In this document: positions 52,501 through 62,680 of the stretch, piece by piece
Layout of the letters: the number at the start of each line of letters is the position of its first letter
Numbering within the stretch: position 1 is the first letter of the stretch
Origin: Leptogorgia sarmentosa
Taxonomy: Eukaryota
Assembly: GCA_964658305.1 (NCBI GenBank)
Contig: OZ210885.1
Location: 4,588,001-4,652,000 of the forward strand
Length of the DNA: 64,000 bases
Reading direction: 5' to 3'
Notes under the pieces: model-generated
Databases searched by the model: none
What the model saw: the letters and a program-made list of their open reading frames with translations, nothing else
Told to the model about the DNA's origin: nothing
Position numbers and translations under genes: made by a program

Positions 52501-55500
52501 TTCATATATTCGTGTTCACATACAATAAAAACAATGGATTTGGAAAGAAATTAATAACGCAGAACATGAATATATGAATATGCCCCCCCCCCCATTATCG
52601 TTCTGGCTACGCCACTGCAGGAATATGCCGGCAAATTAAAGGCCCGAGTGATAACTTGTTTGAAATCTTTCTACCAGAGCCTGTTAATGTTGTTGGGATA
52701 TCATATTCAAGTGTAAACATAACTATAGCCAAACAAGCGACGTATATCAAGTAAGTTCACCTGATAATGACAATTTTAGTCGTCCTCATATAATGTTGCT
52801 GATATATTTGTAACACCCTATACCAAAAAGAGAATTTGCAATTCTAGCTTTCGGATAAAATTATCTGTAAATCAGGAAGACAAAATCCATCACCATGGCG
52901 AGAAAGAGCGTCACTGGACGCGATTTTTCATTTTTTACAGGCAAACATAATTGCTCCTGATGCAATATTCAGTCCTAATATTCTTTTGCGAGAAAACATC
53001 TTAAGTCATTAGGTTCGCATGGCTTCCAAAATTAACTTTCTCACACAGTTCTATGTACTTCGCGTTGCGTTGAGTTAGCAGAACGGAGAGCATTGTCGCG
53101 AAATGTTGTAAAATGCGGAAAACACAGCCCTTTGCGAATTTTGTCTTTTTTGTATTTATGTGAGGAAATTTCCACCAATCTCGAACTCAAACGTGGTGCA
53201 AAACTTCGCACGTAATACAAAAATGTACAAAATTCGCAAATTTCACAGAGTTATATTTTACACCCATTGCACAACATTTAAGCTCGGAAAAATTTAGGGA
53301 AAAGCTTGAATCGCCAATTCAAAACTTCGTGGAGCCAGGAACTAAGTGTTTTACGTTTAACAATTAGGCCAGCAACAGAGGAAGCGTTCAAACATGACAC
53401 ACGTAATGGTACACAAATCCTATTTTTTAAATACGTTCTTCATGTTCAATATTTAGAGAAGTGATGCTCATCGTACAAATCGCGCCGGAATTTCCAACCC
53501 CAGTGGAAGATATTGAAACTGACGATCTGAAACCTTACCAGAACAGCACACAGGATCCTTATATCACTGCCTATTTCAAAGCTGATGTTCTCCCTTTGTT
53601 GTTCGTGATTGGTGATGGCAAGGAGTTTAATTTTGGAAATAAAAGCTACTATAACCAACCTCTCAAACAGAATTCAAGTTACATCGTGTTCTTGAGATTT
53701 TTTGAAACCAACGTAAGTTTTTTAAAAATATTAATTTAGAAGAACTAAATATGTTTGATCTTTCTTTCCAGATGAATTTAGATTCTAAACAAGGTATCGT
53801 TTTAGGACTCGTACTACTCGACAGAATGGAGCAGTAGTGTTATAACAGAGATTAAACCCCCAGGTAAATTTAAGAAGTATCACCATGTCAAACGTTTTCT
53901 CGGGCAATATAAGTATTGTGTATATGATAATATATATCAGATCAGAACCGATGGTTACAAGCTAGATTGCACAACTTTTGTCTGAGTGCAAAACACCTGA
54001 CTTTGCTAAACATGAAAACTACAACTTGACAACACAACAGAGTCGTTTTTTTGATCGTCCAGTACTTTCAAATTGTGGTACTTGATCTTTCGATGAAATA
54101 ATAATCACCATGAGCAATAATTTTGGTGATTTAGTGCAGCTACATTTAAGTAGGGGTGCAGAATCCTCATTTTTAAAATCATCGACGTACTTATTTTGAT
54201 TCTTGCCAGGTCCTGTTCAGAATATTACGACAAATCCTTCGAATTTTTCTGTCCATTTGTCTTGGACATTACCAGAAGCAGAATTGCCAGGTTACATCAC
54301 ACATTTTATCATTTATCTGAACGGCACAAACTCTGACAGCACAAGGATTGTTAGAATATCTCGTGAGAAATATGGAAATGAGTTTGTTCTTCATGGACTG
54401 AAACCGTACACGGAGTATACCGTTGGTATCCAGACACAAGATGGTTCTTTAAGGAATGCAACCATAGCTTACCGCAACTTTAAGACTAAAGAAGCAGGTA
54501 CGTATCTGTATGGTTAATTTGTTTTTAAAATGAGTTAGAAAAACTTTGTGGAAAAAGGAGCCTCATTGTTTTACAAGAATTTCAAAACGATTTTTGATTA
54601 TGATTCATTATGGCGTAACTTGGTCGTTTATTGAAAATTATTTGACATTATATGACGTCACACCAATTTACGCTATTTAGGCCAAGCGCGAGAAACTACA
54701 AAAGGCTTCTTCAGAGAAACGTACTAGTTTACAATGCAAAATAAAGCGCGTGGGTCCGGACTCCGGATAAAATACAAGTAAAAAAAAACCTCAGCTTTTG
54801 GCTTCGGCAGAGACCACAAACCTTTGCCGCAATAATTCAATATTTCCTTCTCGACCACATTCAATAATTGTATAATATAGTGTATTAGGTATTCAATTAT
54901 CCCTTTTATCGTGACGTCGACTTTCGTTTAAAATTTAGTGCCTAGTGGACCGTCATTGAATGTGACTGTACATTCCCGTAGCAAAGATTCACTGGGAATC
55001 TCTTGGAAACCTCCTGAGAAAAACTTGTGGAATGGAAAGCTGATTGAGTACCAAGTTTGCTTCAGTTTTTTCATTTTTGATGGCAATTGGAATTGCTCAA
55101 ATATTCATTCATCTTTCCTGTCATATAACATTTCTAATCTTCAACCATCCACAAAGTACTTGGTGACAGTGGCAGCTAGCACAAAGATCGGTTTTGGAAA
55201 CAAGAGTTCAACGGTCAGCAAAATAACAAACGGAGGTAAATGAATAAAACGACACTGCCCTAGTTTTGCATTTTTTAATAATGTTCACGATCAAGTGATT
55301 TTTATCTCATTGTTCGAGATCATGTGCAGGGCCGTAGCAAAGCTGTGGTTGTCGGGGGGGGGGGGGGGGGGGGTGGTGTAATGATGTTATTATCTGGTAG
55401 TAGACTAGTAGTACTACCATGGAAAATTACCTGAAAAATATACCAGTAAGAGTTGGGCCTTTTGGACGGTACGAGCCATCCCCCGAAAAAACCCCTCTCC

Positions 55501-58500
55501 CCCGGTCGCTACGGCCCTGATCGTGTGACATTTACTAAGGTCGGGAAATTCAACAGTATTATCTGCTGACGTTAACATTTGTGGCTCTGCTATGTGGCCC
55601 CCAATTGAAGTGTATTCGAATATATTCGTTATCTATTTCAAAACCTCAGAAACGTCCCCTTAGAGGTGCTGTGTTGACTCACATGAGAATTTTCGTTTTC
55701 GATGTCTTGAAATACAGACGTGCATGCATTCATTAATATCTTGGCAAAATATTTCTCAAGGTTAGCGCTAGTCCAGTGTTGAACAATTGGCCCTTCGGTG
55801 ACTGAATAGTATTTCCATACTCAAGTCAGTGCATGGCGGCGGAAGATTGATAACTGGGAGAGGGTCTCATATTCACATACTTCTGCTCTGCATTACTAAT
55901 TTTTTTTGAAATCAATTGTTTTCAAGGTCTGTGAACACGAACATATAAATATGAGCCCCCCCCCCGCCCCAATTGTCGATCTTCCGGCACATGCACTCAC
56001 CCACTTGTGCCTGCGAATTGAAAGGCCTGAGTGAGGCCAAGTCTGAAATATTTCTAGATTCTGTAAATCTCGTCGGGATATCATATTCAAGTTTAAACAT
56101 AGCCATAGCCAAACAAGGGACGTATATCAAGTAAGTTCTCCCATATAATTACAATTTCATTAGACCTCATTTAATGTTCATTGTATATAACCGTATAATG
56201 AAAAAGGTAATATGCAGTCCAAAACTGGAACCATCACTTAAATGTTTTACGTGCAATAATTAGGCCAATAACGTGAAGCGTTCAACCATGATAACGTCAT
56301 TTCTTGAGAAATTCTATTAATACGTTCTCCATGTTCGTTATTTAGAGAAGTGATGGTCATCGTGCAAATTGCTCCAGAATTTCCAACCCCAGTGGAAGAT
56401 ATTCAAACAAAAGATCTGAAACCTTACCAGAACAACTTACAGGATCCTTATGTCACTGCCTATTTCAAAGCTGATGTTCTTGCTTTGTTGTTCGTGATTG
56501 GTGATGGCAAGCAGTTTAATTTTGGAAATGAAAGCTACTATAACCAACCCCTCAAACAGAATTCAAGTTACATCGTGTTCTTGAGATTTTTTGAAACCAA
56601 CGTAAGTTTCTTGAAAGATTGAAGTGTCTCTCCTGATGAATTTAGGTTCTTATCAATGTATAATTTTAGGACTCGTACTACTCGACAGAATGGAGCAGTA
56701 GTGTTAAAACAGACATTAAACCTCCAGGTAATTTTGTTTCTCTATTTTTCATGGTCGATTTGACATTAGATCTTCCTTATAAAAATGTGAAACCAATTTC
56801 CCAAATCTATCATAAGCTATGGCATTGTTCGTTTCCATACCTCCAAGTAATGCTCTGTTATACTACAATAAAGCTTGTGTAACAAATACATTACCATGCA
56901 CTCTTCACTCTATACAGAACAGCGTACTATTCAAAAGGAAACCGCGTGGAGGAAGTGTAGCATTACTACTACAATTATTACACCGTTACATGTAGTCAAA
57001 AGTAACCAGAAAAATTTCGCTGAAAATTCCATTAATGTTTAACTACACAAAATAGGGTCATGGTCTAAAGCTGGATACCACAACTCCTGTCTGCGAGCTG
57101 AACATTTGTTGTTGATATACCTCCAAATCAAAGCATGACAAGATAACAGCGTCGTATTTCTCGTAAATTTAAATATCCATCGACCAAGGAGTAATTTTGC
57201 AAAAATTTTGCCCGTTTTGAGTACTTACACATAAGTTGGTTGAGAAATTTTGATTTCTTGCAATCATTACTTACTTAATTCGATTCTCGCCAGGTCCTGT
57301 TCAGAATATCATGACAAACCCTTCGAATTTTGATGTTCATTTGTCTTGGACATTACCAGAAGCAAAAGTGTCCGGTTACATCACACATTTTATCATTTAT
57401 CTGAACGGCACACATTCTGACAACACAATGATTGTTAGAATATCTCGTGAGAAATATGGAAATGAGTTTGTTCTTCATGGACTGAAACCGTACACTGAGT
57501 ATACCGTTGGTATCCAGACACAAGATGGTTCTTTAAGGAATGCAACCATAGCTTACCGCAACTTTAAGACTAAAGAAGCAGGTAATACTATACAATACAA
57601 TATACAAATGTATGTTCAACACTCGAAGAAAAGTACGCAGAAAGGTTACAGTTAAAAGTTTTCAAAAGAGTAGTGCAGGCCATCTGCAATGACTATAAAT
57701 CAGCAAGACTAGCCAGATGACTTTTACATTTAAAGTGGAACTGTGATGATCGATATAATGACGGGAGAGAACTCTAACATATCATAACTGATGTAACTAA
57801 TCGCAAAAGACATCAATTATGACCAAATTAATGACAAACATTAGAAATAAAACAGAGTACAAAGGAAGAAAACAAGAGAGCAAGCAGGAAATATAAATGT
57901 CATGCAATTATCGTTCAATAAATTGAAACGAAATATACTAAACACAAATACGGAACAAAAATAGCTCACAAGAGATACAAGGCACTCATAATGAAGTTAG
58001 TTTTTAAACGGATTGTTGGAGTTCTCCTGGGTTGAAGGGTTTTAGAACATTTGATGGAAAGGGGGGTGGGGGGGGGGTGTGGAGGGGGTATATTCATATA
58101 TTCACATTCTGTCCGCCCGATTTTGTTTGAAATAATTTGGTTTAAGTTCATGTCAGAAAGAAATCAATCGAGCATAACACGAATTTTAATGTACACTCAC
58201 CACATCCACCCCAATTAATGCTTTAGCTAGGCTTTGTATGTACCGCTGTAAACCCAATAAACCTTTCACATTTCATAACCTATCGCCGTCTAGTGACTTT
58301 TCCATGCATGCACATAATCTTTTACAATATTTTGTGATTTTTTCTTCTTATCAGTCCCCAGTGGACCTCCATTGGACGTGGCTGTAATTTCCCACACGAG
58401 TGATTCACTAGCAATCTCTTGGAAACCTCCCGAGAAAAGCTTGTGGAACGGAAAACTAACTGGATATCGAGTTTGCTATTCTGTTGTTAATGAAGAAAAT

Positions 58501-61500
58501 TGGAATTGCTTTCATATTGCGTCATTTTTCCTGTCAGTTATCATTCCCAACCTTCAACCATCCACAAAGTACTTGGTGACAGTGGCAGCCAGCACAAAGA
58601 TTGGTTTTGGAAACAAGAGTTCAACAATCAGTAAAATAACAAACGGAGGTAGCTAAATGAATAAAATGACGCTATGCGACAGTGTTACTTAGTGTTCCCA
58701 GTAGTTGCTTTTAAGCTGTTTTGGAAGGAATTTAAATTTTAAAGTGAAAACAATAATAGTTCAAATGAGATGTTACAACAGATTGCCTATTTGAAAACCT
58801 GGAAATATTCTCCAGAGATGTATGTTGTATTGATTAATATCAAATATGTTTTTTGATGTTTTTAAATACAGTATTGTGAGTTAAATTTATCTCAAGATTA
58901 GCGCTAGTCTAGCTTAAAACAACTTACTCCTTGGTCACTAATGTACTCGTAACCAAGCAATGCCCGCGAATTGAAAGGCCTTGGTGATACTAAGTTTGAA
59001 ATTATATTTCTAGAGCCTGTTAATGTTGTCGGGATATCATATTCAAGTGTAAACATAACTATAGCCAAACAAGCATCGTATATCAAGTAAGTACACACAA
59101 TAATGACAATTTAGTCCTCAGTTAATGTCGATTATATATTATACAAATAGTTAACAATTATTGGATGAGGTTTTTGTGATATGCGGAATTATCAAGGTTA
59201 TCACGTTATGATAACGCTTACCGAGACCTTGATAATTTTGCATATCACAAAAACCGAATTCAATAATTGTTTTATTATACATTTGAAGAATAATAAACCA
59301 AGTATTAACGCATGAAAAACTTTATTTATGAAACCATACTGAAAACAGGCTCATTTTGTACCTAATTAGTTATCTGCTAGCAGATAACTGGATTTCCTGT
59401 GGGTTGCGTGATTGCGCGATTTAACTGTATGCTCTTAGCCAATCAGATTGCTTTTACCATCTACAATGTATAATAATGAATGTTTTTATTCGTGCAATGG
59501 TAATAATATTTCCATGAGGTAAAAGATGGAATGTTCTATTCAACGAGGCGATAGCCGACACACTGCCCTGTGAAACAAGTACCCTCTCTCGAATAGCGTT
59601 CCGCGCCTTCCGCTCGGGGGTTCAGTATACTAGTTGTTTCTTCATCAATTTGGTGCTTTACAGTATAATCTGACATTTAATGGTGTAGGGAAGTGATGAT
59701 CATTGTTGAAAATTCCAAGAAAAGTTCAGCAAGAAGCGAGGACCTCAAAACGAATGATCTTGAACCTTACCAGGAAAATACAGAAGGTCCTTATGTCACA
59801 GCTTCTTTGAAAGTTGATGTTCTTCCTTTGATGTTCGTCATTGGTGATGGGAAAGAATATAATTCCAAAGACCAAAAATATTTTAACCAACCTTTAAAAG
59901 AGAACTCGGATTACGTTGTGTTCCTGAGATTCTTTGAAAATCAGGTAAATATTCAGTCAGTATATCTACCCTTTCATGTGCAGAATACCTGGTGATAGAA
60001 ATGAAGTGATAATATCTACAGTGTTGAGACATGGCTAAAAACATTTCATGGCCAGAATTTGGAGACATGCGCTTGATGCATGATAACCACTTTTATGATG
60101 ATGCACAGGAAATTAGTTGCTTGGAAACTAAGACAGAAAATTCCATTCGAGTTATTCTTTCAATGGGAATGTCTTAAAAAAATAACCCACAAAATTCACA
60201 AATTTGCATTGCTTCTTTAAAATGATATAGGCTAAGAATTATGAGCATAATCACAGAAAGTTCATAATCACTGCGAAGAGCTGCCTAAAAAGCGCGGTAA
60301 TAGGAAAAATATAATAGAACATGCAAAGTATTCCGGGAAATCAAATTTTCTTATTTTCTCTGCATTTCAAATAATTCCATTTGCCTTGGGCGTTCACTGA
60401 ACCAAGCGTTGCTTAAAATTACTTCGTAAGAATAATCCTATTCGAAATCTCATTTTTATTTGTTGCGATCCAACTTTTTTTCATTTCTTTATGATGCACT
60501 CAACTCTTCCCTCTTGGAATTGCCACTGTATTGAAATTTGGGAATGGAGAGTTTGGGGAACCCTGAGGGATAATAGGGTATACGATACAACATAATTGTA
60601 CTCCGGTATTCAATGTCTGCAATCCAGTCTATCCATGGTGAAAAATTCAGCACAGATTCCCCAGCGGACCCTGATGCATGTTTTTCCATATTCATTCTTT
60701 CTTTTTCCTAGAGCTCCTACTACTCAACTGATTGGAGTGAATATGTTAAAACCACGATAAAACCATCAGGTATATCCCAATTTTTCTCCACTTCAATATT
60801 TTTTATGTGAATTAGGGTTCATATATTATTTATTGGTGTTAGGGGAAATACCTATGAACCATATTTTTTATACTAGGGAGTGTTGACAGTCAAAATCTAT
60901 TGAAAGAATCCAATGCAGACAGAATGCGACTGGAACTCCTGATTCCGCTAGTTATTGTGGCCGTTTGTTTTGTGCTGTCGCTTTTGGTAATTGTCTACCA
61001 ACGTCGCCGCATTCAAAATAACACGCAGACTGGCTTGGCCAACTTAGGTACGTGTTTTATGTTCACCCAAACTAAGATTCTGTTTCGTTAATACATCTAA
61101 CAGAGCACAAAGAAATCATTTCAGACAGTGAAATGGGAAATTTATCTCATCAGCAACGGCAAGTTCGTTTCTATGCATAGAGAACAGTTTTCCATTTTAC
61201 GGGCACATTTTTTAACGCCTAAATTGTTTATCAAAAATTAAATAAATCATCCGTATGATTCTCTAAAATCGTAACTCAACTGAATTTGCTAAATTGTGAA
61301 ACCGATCTAAAGTAAATTATAATAAATTCCTGACGTCTTACCCTCATTTCAAACCCTACTAGTCAAATCTGATAATCCGCTAAAAATATTAACCGAATCC
61401 ACAAATCCGAAAATATTTTGGTCAAAATCCGCATCCGCAGTTAAAAATTTCGATCCACAAAATTGATTCATTTTCAATAAAGGCAATCAAGCAGTTTTAC

Positions 61501-61748
61501 TGTAATGTATAATGTCGTATATACTTATGCTTTAAAAGTTGTCAAGGTGTCCCTGTCTGCCGAGTGCATTCTGAATAGAAGGATATAGGAAAAGTGGTTA
61601 GGGAAGTGTTAATGGATTAACATGGTGGCAATACACACCATGCAATGTTACATATCGATTGTACTTATTTCAATTTGCTTATTTTCAAGGGGCTGATACG
61701 CATCCAAAGAATGAGGCGGAAATGGAATCTAAAACTACCCAACTTTAA
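34492..61748 (+). CDS. Giant type I transmembrane receptor, about 2843 aa, 43 exons: SP, ricin-B-like, SUEL lectin, SRCR, F5/8C, 7x[FN3, FN3, RPTP juxtamembrane-like], TM, short tail
   Basis: Hand-spliced exons, all GT-AG with matching phases, total 8532 nt = 2844 codons including TAA. Head exons: 34492-34552, 36380-36805, 37265-37567, 38129-38434, 39225-39508 and 40330-40456. Seven 5-exon modules span 40572-60769 (listed separately). TM exon 60877-61047; last exon 61690-61748. The first and last exons are the least certain. Confidence 0.88.
36380..36805 (+). CDS. Receptor exon 2: ricin-B/beta-trefoil-like domain
   Basis: LRHVNSGKCI..C....AQF.. and ..C.......CGTSNQEFTFG resemble ricin-type repeats, with QxF/QF in place of QxW. 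The exon is solid; the domain name is inferred. Confidence 0.65.
37265..37567 (+). CDS. Receptor exon 3: SUEL / rhamnose-binding (Gal_lectin) domain
   Basis: C....MVVKKADYG...C...VKSLCGGNRSCEL...C......YTEYTC matches the SUEL cysteine pattern and ANYG-type motif. Confidence 0.85.
38129..38434 (+). CDS. Receptor exon 4: SRCR-like domain
   Basis: VRLSKSPNEGFIEI....W..V....W......MLCQYLGF...C...CC...VTC matches the scavenger-receptor cysteine-rich pattern. Confidence 0.85.
39225..40456 (+). CDS. Receptor exons 5-6: F5/8 type C (discoidin) domain
   Basis: CNKPL..QARF..GWC..EYLLINL..LTRVVTMG..W..SYFLQYS / GN..RYIKI..CLRIELCG. Exons 39225-39508 and 40330-40456. Confidence 0.9.
40572..42403 (+). 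CDS. Receptor stalk module 1 (exons A-E)
   Basis: A 40572-40874, B 41140-41436, C 41766-41838, D 41988-42234 (lacks KEF), E 42346-42403. FN3 motifs LSW..P..Y..GLKPYTEYTVGIQA and LQPSTKYLVTVAAST. Confidence 0.9.
43140..44916 (+). CDS. Receptor stalk module 2
   Basis: A 43140-43427, B 43649-43945, C 44223-44295, D 44511-44766, E 44859-44916. Confidence 0.9.
45358..47316 (+). CDS. Receptor stalk module 3
   Basis: A 45358-45645, B 45827-46123, C 46635-46707, D 46911-47166, E 47259-47316. Confidence 0.9.
47648..50062 (+). CDS. Receptor stalk module 4
   Basis: A 47648-47935, B 48141-48437, C 49131-49203, D 49656-49911, E 50005-50062. Confidence 0.9.
50609..53863 (+). CDS. Receptor stalk module 5
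   Basis: A 50609-50896, B 51806-52090 (12 nt shorter), C 52678-52750, D 53457-53712, E 53806-53863. Confidence 0.9.
51168..51612. mobile_element. Intronic MITE flanked by TTAA (Harbinger/ISL2EU-like ends)
   Basis: gccggttttccacttgcgaatttt ... aaaattcgcaagtggaaaaccggc, with ttaa on both sides. Confidence 0.85.
52450..52617. mobile_element. 168-bp hAT MITE
   Basis: TIRs cagtggcgtagccagaacgataat / attatcgttctggctacgccactg. Perfect 8-bp TSD caggaata. Confidence 0.92.
54210..56727 (+). CDS. Receptor stalk module 6
   Basis: A 54210-54497, B 54939-55235, C 56058-56130, D 56346-56601, E 56670-56727. Confidence 0.9.
55327..55519. mobile_element. hAT MITE
   Basis: TIRs cagggccgtagc / gctacggccctg. 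TSD atcatgtg / atcgtgtg (7 of 8 match). Confidence 0.85.
57294..60769 (+). CDS. Receptor stalk module 7 (membrane-proximal, most divergent)
   Basis: A 57294-57581, B 58355-58648, C 59014-59086, D 59689-59944, E 60712-60769. Confidence 0.9.
59153..59475. mobile_element. Interspersed repeat with long terminal hairpin (possibly Crypton-like non-autonomous)
   Basis: Arms 59153-59197 and 59227-59271 are inverted. A related element (aacaattattg(a/g)atgagg...ccaatca) lies in TDG intron 1 near 16325-16640. The family assignment is tentative. Confidence 0.5.
60877..61748 (+). CDS. Receptor TM exon and cytoplasmic tail exon
   Basis: LLIPLVIVAVCFVLSLLVIVY is followed by the stop-transfer sequence QRRR (60877-61047). 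The last exon, 61690-61748, reads GADTHPKNEAEMESKTTQL*. Confidence 0.8.
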
Positions 61749-62341
61749 CATGTAGGCGAAATATAGATTATTGGCTAGATCAATTGTTGATTTGGGATTA
61801 ATTATACTATTTAATTTGACCAGAATACATAATGTTAACTAATTATACAAACTGCAATAGCTGATTCTCTGCAGACAACGACTGATATATTTAGTGTATT
61901 TCTATGAAACTGTGTGACATAATGCAAGAATATCAACATATAATTGTATAAATAAGTAACCTGATGTCTATTTAATAGAATATTTTTAAATATCTATTGT
62001 GCACTGGACTGTAATAATTTAATCAAGCTATAAGGATATATAGCTCAAGGATATACTCATTTTTTATAGGTCCAATATTAATAACGATATATACTTTCTC
62101 TTAGGGGCGCACAACGGTAGAACGTTGTGTGGGGGGGGGGGGCAGTAGAGGCCCGAAATTTTAAAACAGAAACAGAACAGAATGGGAAAAACACGATGCG
62201 ACAGAGCAGATCGACACATTGGGGCGCCACTATCCAAGGTGCTGAGCGAGAAAATTTTGAAAATTTAGAACCTCCAGAAAAACGGAAATGTTATAGTTTA
62301 GTTTTTCTCTGCCGAGACGGTGCTCATTGTTTGCAGGTATC

Positions 62342-62680
62342 CAGGGACGTAGCAGTATCCTTTTCCGGCTGATAGTTTCAGCAAATATAAAATTAATGTT
62401 ATTCCGAAAAATGTTTGCATCAATTTGTACAAATCATATATACAGATTTTTAATTTATATACAGATTTAAATTGTACAAATTTGTCGATATGCAAACATA
62501 TTTCGAATAACATTCATTTTATATTTCCAGGGACGTAGCTAGAGCGTTAATTGGGCGTGTATATTCATATTCATGTTCCGCCCGACGGATTTCTATAGAA
62601 ATTAACTCAAAAACAACTGATTTCAAACGAATATATGAATATACACACACCTCCCAGTTAACGCTCTAGCTACGTCCCTG
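62342..62680. mobile_element. hAT MITE interrupted by a 173-bp insertion
   Basis: Ends cagggacgtagc / gctacgtccctg with TSD caggtatc/taggtatc. The 13-mer ccagggacgtagc is duplicated (62341-62353 and 62527-62539) around the insert 62354-62526. Confidence 0.65.

Noticed and set aside
40572..60769. Seven separate tandem genes, or cDNA-mediated exon homogenisation
   Set aside because: There are no starts, stops, signal peptides or TM segments between modules. High similarity extends some tens of bases into the introns, which favours DNA-level conversion.
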